Positions 55,783-64,000 of a DNA stretch of 64,000 bases are shown in pieces. Location of the stretch: the NCBI GenBank assembly GCA_902493145.1, contig CABUOA010000003.1, positions 6,635-70,634 of the forward strand, written 5' to 3'. Under the pieces are notes generated by a model. It made no database searches and was not told the DNA's origin. It worked only from the letters and a program-made list of their open reading frames with translations. Each line of letters begins with the position of its first letter. The first letter of the stretch is position 1. Made by a program: the position numbers and the translations under genes. This DNA comes from an uncultured Collinsella sp. (GTDB lineage Bacteria > Actinomycetota > Coriobacteriia > Coriobacteriales > Coriobacteriaceae).

Positions 55783-56313
55783 ATGTCTTATTTGGATCTG
55801 GCTCGTGGTCGGTATTCTTGTCGTTCTTTTGAGGACCGTCCTGTTGAGCAGTCGGTAGTGGATGCCATTGTTGAGGCGGGGCGGATTGCTCCTTCTGCTT
55901 GTAATAATCATCCAGCCCGTGTGATGGTGCTGGATACGCCTGAGCTGTTGGAGAAGGCTGCTGCTTGTCAGCCTCGGTTTGCTCGTGATGGGTCTATCTT
56001 TGGAGCTCCGCTTGTCTTCCTTATTTGCAGCGTTACCGATGATGCTTGGGTGCGCCCGTATGACCAGATGAATTCCAGTGAAATCGATACGTCCATAGTG
56101 TGCGATCAGATGATGATGGAGGCCACCGAGCAGGGCCTGGGAACGTGTTGGGTATGCCATTTTAAGCCCGAGGTGGCACAGGAGCAGTTCAACCTGCCCG
56201 AGGGCGTCTATCCCTATCACATGCTCGTCTGCGGATATCCTGCCGACCACATCGCCGATTCCGAGCATCGCGAGGCCCGCACTATTCCCCTCTCCAACTT
56301 CCTCCTCAAGTAG
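55783..56313 (+). CDS. Nitroreductase-family protein
   Basis: RYSCRSFEDRPV, APSACNNHP and GLGTCWV motifs. AGGAGG ribosome-binding site. Confidence 0.85.
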   Translation: MSYLDLARGRYSCRSFEDRPVEQSVVDAIVEAGRIAPSACNNHPARVMVLDTPELLEKAAACQPRFARDGSIFGAPLVFLICSVTDDAWVRPYDQMNSSEIDTSIVCDQMMMEATEQGLGTCWVCHFKPEVAQEQFNLPEGVYPYHMLVCGYPADHIADSEHREARTIPLSNFLLK

Positions 56314-56357
56314 TTTTTAGACATACCTTAAAATCTACCTTTTACCACGCGCCCTTC

Positions 56358-56399
56358 GCCGAGTTCTGTCCTATCGCATGCAGAGCTCGGCGTTTTGTT
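56358..56399 (+). terminator. Terminator of the nitroreductase gene; its T tract is the IS target site
   Basis: The hairpin GCCGAG-N22-CTCGGC is followed by GTTTTGTT, which is duplicated at 57754-57761. Confidence 0.6.
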
Positions 56400-57753
56400 G
56401 GCTTATAGGACAAAATGTGTGTCCACTTTAGGGGCATCGGCGCAGGTCGATGCCCCTTTTTCAGCCGTTTAAATTCCGTGCCCGCTTTTAACCGCCCGGA
56501 CAGAATGTGTGTCCGGTTGCCTATCGTTCCCGCCGGTAGATACCCTTTTCCGGAACCGTTAAACACCCTTTCGGAAGAGGTGCCCATGAAGGCCGTTTAT
56601 TGCCCCTACTGCGGCGGTCGGACCAAGCGCAACGGCAGGACCTCATCGGGGTCCCAGCGGTGGAGGTGCACGGCCTGCGGCGCGTCGACGACGCTGAGGT
56701 ACGACGACACGGCGGCGAGGCTCGAGGAGTTCCTCGGGTGGCTCCTCTCGAAGGACTCGCAGGCCGCGATGCCGGGCGGCGGGCGGTCCTTCAGGCGCAG
56801 GACGGCCGAGTTCTGGGAGGTCTGGCCCATGCCCGTCCCCGACGGCGAGCTCCACCGCGTGCTCTACGCCGACGGGATCTGGGTCGCGCGCGACCTCGTG
56901 GTTCTCATATGCTGCAGCGGCGAGAGGGTGGTCTCCTGGTACATGGCGAGGTCGGAGAACTCGAGGGCGTGGTCGGCCCTCATGGCACCGATCCCGGCGC
57001 CCGAGGTGGTCGTCACCGACGGCGGGAGCGGGTTCGCCAAGGCCGTACGCGAGACCTGGCCGCGCACCAGGGTCCAGAGGTGCACCTTCCACGCCTTCTC
57101 GCAGGTCAAGCGCTACACGACGACGCGGCCGAAGCTCCAGGCGGGGCGCGAGCTCTACCTCGTCGCGCGCGACCTCATGGGCATCGAGACGCTGCACCAG
57201 GCCGAGCTCTGGGTCGAGCGCTACCTCGACTGGTGCGGGTTCTGGGCCGACTTCCTGGAGGACAGGACCGTGGTGGACGGCAGGAGGGTCTACACCCACG
57301 AGAGGCTGAGGCGGGCGCGCTCGTCGCTGTCGTCGCTGGTGTCGGCGGGGACGCTGTTCACCTACCTCGACCCCGCCCTGGCCAAGGCCGGCCCGCTGCC
57401 GTCGACCAACAACATGATCGAGGGAGGGGTGAACTCGCAGCTGAGGGCCGTCCTGCGCAACCACCGGGGGCTGACGTCGGTCAAGCGCGTGAAGGCGGTG
57501 TTCTGGTGGTGCCATGCGCACTCCGGGGACGCGAGGACGGCGCGCGAGAAGCTCGCCGCGATGCCGACCGACGCGGACATCGACTTCCTGTTCAGCGTCT
57601 ACTCCGCCTCGCCGTCGCGCGAGGACGGAGGGCCGGAGTGGGGCGACAGGGCCGTGTGGGAGGACCTCCACCACAGGGACCCGTACCCGTTCTGGCTGGA
57701 TTAATGGATGGAAACGGATGTTCTATCGGGACACACATTTTGTCCTATAAGCC
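56400..57753 (+). mobile_element. Intact IS1249-like (IS256-superfamily) insertion sequence
   Basis: 25-bp perfect terminal inverted repeats GGCTTATAGGACAAAATGTGTGTCC (56400-56424 and 57729-57753). 8-bp direct target duplication GTTTTGTT (56392-56399 and 57754-57761). A single transposase ORF. Confidence 0.85.
56586..57704 (+). CDS. IS1249-family transposase
   Basis: 372 aa. N-terminal zinc-ribbon CPYCGG...RWRCTACG and a DDE-type core (VVVTDGGSGF...). The family assignment is from memory of similar actinobacterial IS annotations. Confidence 0.75.
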   Translation: MKAVYCPYCGGRTKRNGRTSSGSQRWRCTACGASTTLRYDDTAARLEEFLGWLLSKDSQAAMPGGGRSFRRRTAEFWEVWPMPVPDGELHRVLYADGIWVARDLVVLICCSGERVVSWYMARSENSRAWSALMAPIPAPEVVVTDGGSGFAKAVRETWPRTRVQRCTFHAFSQVKRYTTTRPKLQAGRELYLVARDLMGIETLHQAELWVERYLDWCGFWADFLEDRTVVDGRRVYTHERLRRARSSLSSLVSAGTLFTYLDPALAKAGPLPSTNNMIEGGVNSQLRAVLRNHRGLTSVKRVKAVFWWCHAHSGDARTAREKLAAMPTDADIDFLFSVYSASPSREDGGPEWGDRAVWEDLHHRDPYPFWLD

Positions 57754-57780
57754 GTTTTGTTTCCCAACCCGTATACAGCC

Positions 57781-57810
57781 ACAAAAAAGGAGCCCGCAGG
57801 TGCGAGCTCC
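57781..57810 (-). terminator. Rho-independent terminator after divIVA
   Basis: On the minus strand, GGAGCTCGCACCTGCGGGCTCC is followed by TTTTTTG. Confidence 0.75.
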
Positions 57811-57840
57811 TCTTAAGGACACTAGATTGTAGCTCTGATG

Positions 57841-58515
57841 CTAGTCCAGGTCGTCGGCAGCAAAGTTGTCGATCGGGGCGAAGGGATCGGCCACGGGGAC
57901 AACCGGGTCAGCGACGGGCAGCGGCTCGGCGGGAACAGTCACCGCAGGAGAAGCGGCAGAACCGACCGGCGTGGAGGCCATGAGGTCGGCCGGGAAGGAG
58001 TTCTGGGCATCGTCCATGAAGTGCTGGATGAGCTTGAGGTACTCGGCCTTGAACTCCTCGCGGGAAGCCTTGAGACGATCGATTTCCTCGAGCTCGGCCT
58101 GCTTTTCGGTCAGAGCCTGGCGGATAACCTCGCGGGCCTTAGCGTCAGCCTCGTTGCGGATACGCTCAGCGTTCTCGTTGGCATCGTTGACGATGGTCTC
58201 AGCGGTCTGCTGGGCAGCGATCAGGGCAGCGGAAATCTGGCGCTCCTGAGCGGAGAAGTCAGGGGCGGGAGCAGCCACGGGGGCGGCAGGAACGGCTTGG
58301 GCGGTGGCATCCTGAGCCTGGGCAAGCTGAGCCTGCGCATCGGCAAGCTGCTGCTCGGTAGCAGTCAGGCGACCCTTAAGGTCGACGATCTTAGCGAGCA
58401 TAGCGTCAACCTCGGAGGACAGCGTCTCCAAGAAGACGTCGACCTCGGCGGGATCGTAGCCACGCTTGGCCTCAGAGAAAGTCTGAGCCTGGATGTCTGC
58501 AGGGGTAATAGCCAT
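57841..58515 (-). CDS. divIVA: DivIVA-domain cell-division protein
   Basis: MAITPADIQAQTFSEAKRGYDPAEVDVFL N-terminal DivIVA motif followed by a coiled coil. Confidence 0.9.
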   Translation of the reverse strand: MAITPADIQAQTFSEAKRGYDPAEVDVFLETLSSEVDAMLAKIVDLKGRLTATEQQLADAQAQLAQAQDATAQAVPAAPVAAPAPDFSAQERQISAALIAAQQTAETIVNDANENAERIRNEADAKAREVIRQALTEKQAELEEIDRLKASREEFKAEYLKLIQHFMDDAQNSFPADLMASTPVGSAASPAVTVPAEPLPVADPVVPVADPFAPIDNFAADDLD

Positions 58516-58576
58516 AACAAGTCTCCTTTTTCATCGCCTCGGCGCTACACGCCCGACGTAAGTTACTAAGTCAGTT

Positions 58577-58864
58577 CTATACGAGTATACCTATAAGAAG
58601 CTGCAGAACCAGCCTCTGCACCAACTGCAACGCAATAATCGCAACGACCGGCGAAAAATCGATACCGCCCATCGGCGGGATGAAACGACGGAACAGGTTG
58701 AGCCACGGACCGCACACGCTATCGAGCACCGCAGCAATATCCTGAAGCAAACCACCCTGCTTCATGGGAATCCACGTCATAAAGCAGTAGACGACAATGA
58801 GCGTGGAATAGAAGTTGAACAGCGTGTTGACCAGCTGGACGATAGTGTAGATGTTGATGGGAAT
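58577..58864 (-). CDS. yggT: YggT-family membrane protein (start codon non-canonical or undetermined)
   Basis: The ORF track gives only 67 aa from ATG 58780. The in-frame upstream sequence IPINIYTIVQLVNTLFNFYSTLIVVYCF encodes the conserved first TM helix, but it has no ATG, GTG or TTG. Confidence 0.7.
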   Translation of the reverse strand: MPINIYTIVQLVNTLFNFYSTLIVVYCFMTWIPMKQGGLLQDIAAVLDSVCGPWLNLFRRFIPPMGGIDFSPVVAIIALQLVQRLVLQLLIGILV

Positions 58865-58879
58865 CTCCTCGTCTTGTCT

Positions 58880-59602
58880 TTACTTAAGGTAGCCGTCGGC
58901 ACGAAGCTTCTTGAGATCGGAATCTTTGACCTCGCAGCCGGCGGGCAGCACCATGAACACGCGGTCGCCCACCTCCTTGACCGTGGCACCCAGACCGCAG
59001 GCAAAGCCGTAAGAGAAGTCCAAGACGCGCTTGGCAACTTCGGTGCGTACGCCCACAAAAATCAGTGCGACAGGCTGCTTGGTGCGAACGCGGCGCACTA
59101 CGGTCTCCACGTCGTCATAGCTCTCGGGGCGCAGGACATAGGCCGGCAGCTGCGGCGTGGCGTTGATGATATTGCTCGCATAGGCCGAGGCATCGCTCGG
59201 TGCAGGCGCGGGCGCAGCGGCGGCACGGGCGCGGGTGTTCTCGGCGTAGCTCGACGGCGTGTCATAGGCACCAGGACGATAACCGCTCGCAACGCTGTCC
59301 TGCGAGCGCGAAGGCGGGTTATACGTCGTGGCATGACGGGAGTCATCGCCGACAAGCTGACCGGAGCGCGTATACACGGCAACCGACTCAGCTTCACCGC
59401 GGCGCGTCTGGCCAAGCAGGCCGTTGCTCGGCTCGTCTTGGGTGTAGAAGCCCTCGCCCGAAGCACCGCTGTAGCCGTTGCCCTGATAACCATCGTCATA
59501 GCCGTCATCGTAGCCGTAGTCGTCGTCCTGGCCATAACCCTGGTCGTAACCCTGCTGGCCGCCCAGGTGCATCTTATTTTTAATCTCGTCAAGGAAGCCC
59601 AT
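58880..59602 (-). CDS. sepF: Cell division protein SepF
   Basis: MGFLDEIKNKM N-terminal amphipathic helix, a Tyr/Gly/Asp-rich linker, and the C-terminal SepF core (VLRPESYDDVETVVRRVRTKQPVALIF...DRVFMVLP). Confidence 0.9.
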   Translation of the reverse strand: MGFLDEIKNKMHLGGQQGYDQGYGQDDDYGYDDGYDDGYQGNGYSGASGEGFYTQDEPSNGLLGQTRRGEAESVAVYTRSGQLVGDDSRHATTYNPPSRSQDSVASGYRPGAYDTPSSYAENTRARAAAAPAPAPSDASAYASNIINATPQLPAYVLRPESYDDVETVVRRVRTKQPVALIFVGVRTEVAKRVLDFSYGFACGLGATVKEVGDRVFMVLPAGCEVKDSDLKKLRADGYLK

Positions 59603-59662
59603 GGTTGTGTCCTCTCGCGGTTTAGTGCAGGCGCCCCGATAATCAGTGCGCACTTCAGAGCC

Positions 59663-60400
59663 TTATTTTACTGCAAACTCCGGGCTAAATACTACCCTGC
59701 CCAGGCGAACGAGCGTAGAGCCCTCCTCAAGGGCAGGCTCAAAGTCCTCGCTCATGCCGCAGGAAAGCTCAGGCAGGTTCAAATCGGGATGCGCAGCCTC
59801 CAGCTCATCCCTCAGCTCACGAAGCCCCGCAAAGGTGCGGCGTGCCACATCCTTATTCCCCCGGGGCGCCATAGTCATAAGCCCCTGTACGCAAATTCCC
59901 TCAAGTTCCGCAAGCTCACCCGCGGCGGCGCGAATCTCATCGGGCGAAAAGCCTCCCTTCGACTCCTCACCACTCACATTGACCTCGATGAGCACACGCT
60001 GGGGGCCGGCGAGCTCGCCTGCCTCAATCTTGCGGACAGCACGGCTCGAGATCGCCTGTGCCAGATGCAGCGAACCCACCGAGTGAATCAGCTCGGCTGA
60101 GCCCAGCACCGCATTGATCTTATTGGTCTGCAGGTTGCCGATCATATCGAAGCGCACCTCGGGCAGCTCCTGATGCTCCGCCAGACCCGTGAGCTTGCGA
60201 ACCAGCTCCTGCGGGCGGTTCTCGGCAAAATGGCGATACCCCGCCTGGATGGCAGCAACAGTCTCATCGACACCAACGGTCTTGGACACGGCAATGAGGC
60301 GCGCGGCGTCGTGGGGGCGGCCCGCGCGATCGAGCGCCGCATAAAAACGTTCCAGAATCTGCTCGCGGCGAGCGCGCATCAAATCCAAATAGTTATCCAT
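59663..60400 (-). CDS. yggS: YggS-family pyridoxal-phosphate homeostasis protein
   Basis: LIAVSKT (PLP lysine), HFAENRPQE, IGNLQTNK and SCGMSEDF motifs. Confidence 0.9.
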   Translation of the reverse strand: MDNYLDLMRARREQILERFYAALDRAGRPHDAARLIAVSKTVGVDETVAAIQAGYRHFAENRPQELVRKLTGLAEHQELPEVRFDMIGNLQTNKINAVLGSAELIHSVGSLHLAQAISSRAVRKIEAGELAGPQRVLIEVNVSGEESKGGFSPDEIRAAAGELAELEGICVQGLMTMAPRGNKDVARRTFAGLRELRDELEAAHPDLNLPELSCGMSEDFEPALEEGSTLVRLGRVVFSPEFAVK

Positions 60401-60519
60401 TGCCAATCGCCTCCGCTGACAGCCAAACAAGTAGTCCCATGCTAACGCAAGAGCGCGGCCCCGCATGTGCAAGGCCGCGCTCACTTAGGTATTTACAATC
60501 TTTCGACGAACGGGGCTAC

Positions 60520-61377
60520 TTACTCCTCGTCGTCCTCGCCATCGTCCTCGTCCTCAAGATGATCGAGCAGGTAGCGAAGACCCTCGCTGACCTCGTTGGC
60601 GGGCACCTTGGCAACGTAACGCGCGTCGACGGCGGGCCTCATGATAACACCCTCGCCCGAAGGCGCGCGCATGCTCTCGAGCTCATCCTCGTCCACACGG
60701 GCGATATCGCCGGCGTTCATACGCTGACCAGTCAACAGGAAGGTCAGACGGCAAGCGGCATCGATGGAAATGGAAGCGATGCGATCGAGGTAGCGCGAAA
60801 CCATGATGGCGCGGCGCAGGTCGTCATAGTTGCTGTCGTCGTCCATAAAGTCGCCCGTATCCATACGGTTAAAGGTGCGGAAGAACTTCTCGTAGGCGGC
60901 GTGCACTGGCTCGTCCTCGACGGCCAGGTTGCAGATGATGGACATGTCATTGGTGACGAGCGCAGAAAGCGAAGAGCCCAGCACCTGGTAGACGGCCTCA
61001 GCCTCGGCCTCAACCGTGCCGACAAGCTCCTTGGGCAGCGAGATGTCGGCCTTGATCATATGACGCGTGGCACGGCAGATCTGACGGACCTTATCGGTCA
61101 TGCGCTGCAGGTTAAAGTCGACGTAGATGATCGTCTGAAGCAGGCGGAAGTCGGAGGCGACCGGTGACTGCGTGGCGATCAGGTTGTAGCAGACGGCCTC
61201 CAGGTTGGCGCAGCGCGCGTCAATCGAAAGCGTGCGCTTCTTGGTCTTGGTGGCGAGCTTGCGGTCGTCGGTCACATAGGCCTTCACGGCATCGTGGAGG
61301 GCCAGATCGACGGCCTCATAGATGCTCAGCATCTCGTGACGGGCCTCGACGAGCTGACGGGAAAACAGTTTGCGCAT
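60520..61377 (-). CDS. phoU: PhoU-family phosphate signalling protein with an acidic C-terminal extension
   Basis: Two PhoU repeats (LIATQSPVASDFRLL, VSRYLDRIASISID) and the tail LEDEDDGEDDEE. Downstream of pstB. Confidence 0.85.
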   Translation of the reverse strand: MRKLFSRQLVEARHEMLSIYEAVDLALHDAVKAYVTDDRKLATKTKKRTLSIDARCANLEAVCYNLIATQSPVASDFRLLQTIIYVDFNLQRMTDKVRQICRATRHMIKADISLPKELVGTVEAEAEAVYQVLGSSLSALVTNDMSIICNLAVEDEPVHAAYEKFFRTFNRMDTGDFMDDDSNYDDLRRAIMVSRYLDRIASISIDAACRLTFLLTGQRMNAGDIARVDEDELESMRAPSGEGVIMRPAVDARYVAKVPANEVSEGLRYLLDHLEDEDDGEDDEE

Positions 61378-61469
61378 GGTTCACTCCAATCAGTTGGGTG
61401 CGGTCATGCCGCCCGCACAGTGAATACGCACCGGACCAGGTCCGATCGGCTTGGGACTAGTCGCACCGA

Positions 61470-62273
<804 letters not shown>

Positions 62274-62285
62274 GGGACTCCTTAA

Positions 62286-63191
62286 CTAGCGACGCTTGCG
62301 CGACAGGAAGCGCGCAAACAGGTTGAAGGCCAGAATGATCACCATCAGCAAGAGCGCGGTGCCGTAGGCTGCGTTCATGTTGATGCCGTCGTTGGCAAGC
62401 AGGTACAGGTGAACCGTCATGGGGCGGCCGGAATCGAGCGGCGAGATAGGCAGGTTGATGGCCTGACCCATGGTGTAGAGCACCACTGCGGTCTCGCCAA
62501 TGGCACGGCCGATGGCGAGGACGATGCCCGTGGCAATACGGCCAAAGGCAGAAGGAAGCACAATCCTGGAAACAACCTGCCACTTGGTGGCGCCCAAGCC
62601 GTACGCGCCCCAACGGATATAGCGCGGGACGGCGCGAATGGCCTCTTCGGTGGTGCGCATGACGATGGGAAGCATCAAGAGCGCGAGTGCCAGAGCGGCA
62701 GAGACCATCGAAAGGCCCAGGCCCATGGCCTCGACAAACAAGGCGTAGCCAAACAGGCCCATAACGATGGAGGGCACCGAGGCCAAAGCGTCAGCAGCGT
62801 AGCGAATGAGCTCGACGACCTTGCCCTGCTTGGCGTACTCGGCCAGATAGACGGCTGCCAGCACAGCGATCGGCGTGCAGATGAGCATGGCAAGCGCCGT
62901 CACGTAGATGGTCGAGACGATCGTGGGCCAAATACCGCCTTCGGCGTTGACGCCCTGGGGCCAACCGAAGATAAAGTCGAGCGAGATGTGTGGCAGGCCG
63001 TTGATGACCACGTAGGCGATGATAGCGACCAGCACCAGCGTGGTGATGTATGCCGCAACGCGGAACACGCCGAGCATGATCTTGTTGGACAGGTCCTTGT
63101 TGATGCGACCCTTCTTGCCATGGGAAAGGGCACGCTTGATGCGCTCGCGCGACGAGGTCGTATCGACCGTCGTGTCAACGGAATCGGACAT
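62286..63191 (-). CDS. pstA: Phosphate ABC transporter permease PstA
   Basis: 301 aa. EAA-loop region IRAVPRYIRWGAYGLGATKWQ. Confidence 0.9.
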   Translation of the reverse strand: MSDSVDTTVDTTSSRERIKRALSHGKKGRINKDLSNKIMLGVFRVAAYITTLVLVAIIAYVVINGLPHISLDFIFGWPQGVNAEGGIWPTIVSTIYVTALAMLICTPIAVLAAVYLAEYAKQGKVVELIRYAADALASVPSIVMGLFGYALFVEAMGLGLSMVSAALALALLMLPIVMRTTEEAIRAVPRYIRWGAYGLGATKWQVVSRIVLPSAFGRIATGIVLAIGRAIGETAVVLYTMGQAINLPISPLDSGRPMTVHLYLLANDGINMNAAYGTALLLMVIILAFNLFARFLSRKRR

Positions 63192-63194
63192 AGC

Positions 63195-64000
63195 CTACCC
63201 CCTCTTCTTCTTGGAAATCAGACGGACGACGCCCACCAGCGTGGCGGAGATGATAAACAGGACCACGCCCATGCCGAACAGCGCCGAGCGGTGCAGACCC
63301 GAGGAATAGCTCATGTCGAGCGCAATCTGGCTCGTGAGCGTCGAGATGGGGCTCGCAATGCTGTCGGGAATAACCGGGGCGTTACCCACGACCATGAGCA
63401 CGGCCATGGTCTCGCCGATGGCACGGCCCATACCCAGCACGATCGCATCCACGATACCCAGCTTGGCGGCAGGTAGCACGACCTTATAGATGGTCTGCCA
63501 CTTAGTAGCACCCATGGCATACGACGCCTCGCGAATACCCATGGGAATGGAATTGAGGGCATCGATGGTGAGCGTGGTGATGGTAGGGACGATCATGATG
63601 GCAAGCACGAACCACGCCGTCAGCGCACCAAAACCAAGACCACCGGTCACCTGCGCGATAAACGGACGGATGATGATCATGCCAAAGAAGCCATAGATGA
63701 TAGAAGGGATGCCGGCCAACAGGTCAACGGCAGGGCTGATGAGCTTGCGCACGCGCTTGCTGGCGATCTCGACCAGATACACGGCCGTGCCCACGCCTAG
63801 GGGCACACCCATGGCGAGCGCACCGACGGTCACCAGACCCGAGCCGGCAAGCAGCGACACGATGCCGTAGTGGCCCTCAGAGGGCGCCCACGTAAAGCTA
63901 AAGAAGTCCGCCAGACCGATGTCGGTAAAGACGGGCAGCGCCGAGTACGTGGTAAAGACAAAAATCAGGATGACGGTAACAACCGCCAAGAACGCGCAGG
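63195..64000 (-). CDS. pstC: Phosphate ABC transporter permease PstC (5' end outside window)
   Basis: EAA region IPMGIREASYAMGATKWQTIYKVVLP. The reading frame is open to the window edge. Confidence 0.85.
   Translation of the reverse strand, partial: CAFLAVVTVILIFVFTTYSALPVFTDIGLADFFSFTWAPSEGHYGIVSLLAGSGLVTVGALAMGVPLGVGTAVYLVEIASKRVRKLISPAVDLLAGIPSIIYGFFGMIIIRPFIAQVTGGLGFGALTAWFVLAIMIVPTITTLTIDALNSIPMGIREASYAMGATKWQTIYKVVLPAAKLGIVDAIVLGMGRAIGETMAVLMVVGNAPVIPDSIASPISTLTSQIALDMSYSSGLHRSALFGMGVVLFIISATLVGVVRLISKKKRG

Overview
This is a visibly GC-rich chromosomal segment. The gene content looks actinobacterial, probably from an anaerobic Coriobacteriia-like organism (inference from the divIVA-yggT-sepF-yggS cell-division tail, an IS1249-type IS, 2-hydroxyacyl-CoA dehydratase genes, focA and selenoprotein machinery). 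Most genes are on the minus strand and most are core metabolism.

Main gene content, in window order:
- Two subunits of an Mo-hydroxylase, then gdhA.
- A selenium island split in two: focA-selA-selB-selC, and selD(Sec)-yedF-DUF3343-cysteine desulfurase. tRNA-Gly, tRNA-Pro and brnQ lie between the two halves.
- A three-gene HgdC-type activase plus HGD-D dehydratase/reductase operon immediately upstream of selD.
- modABC, mogA and moeA.
- A ClC channel, a lipid kinase, arfB, xpt, an MFS transporter, metY, yigZ, RNase P RNA, rpsA, cyuA-like, rpiB, ndk, argH, argG, polA, an M18 aminopeptidase and yaaA.
- A TPP riboswitch followed by thiC and thiD.
- A small accessory stretch: pentapeptide-repeat, GDSL, TIGR02452 macro-like, BI-1.
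- pit with DUF47, a nitroreductase, one intact IS1249-like element, the division-cluster tail, and phoU-pstBAC.

I found no CRISPR array, no rRNA and no recognisable defence system.

The observations I rate highest are RNA- or DNA-level:
1. A family of ~100-nt imperfect palindromes with compensatory substitutions. Two copies fill both intercistronic spacers of the dehydratase operon and a third sits beside rnpB.
2. A tRNA-Gly-derived ~127-nt palindromic structure next to the intact tRNA-Gly.
3. A 40-nt hairpin element present twice, plus a recurring intergenic 9-mer.
4. selD decoded through an in-frame UGA, with a SECIS-like hairpin downstream.
5. A selC whose anticodon loop reads C33.
6. yggT without a canonical start codon.
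7. Apparent co-transcription of an ATP-dependent activase/HGD-D pair with the selenium-activation genes.

All calls come from reading and translating the sequence by eye. No database search was run.
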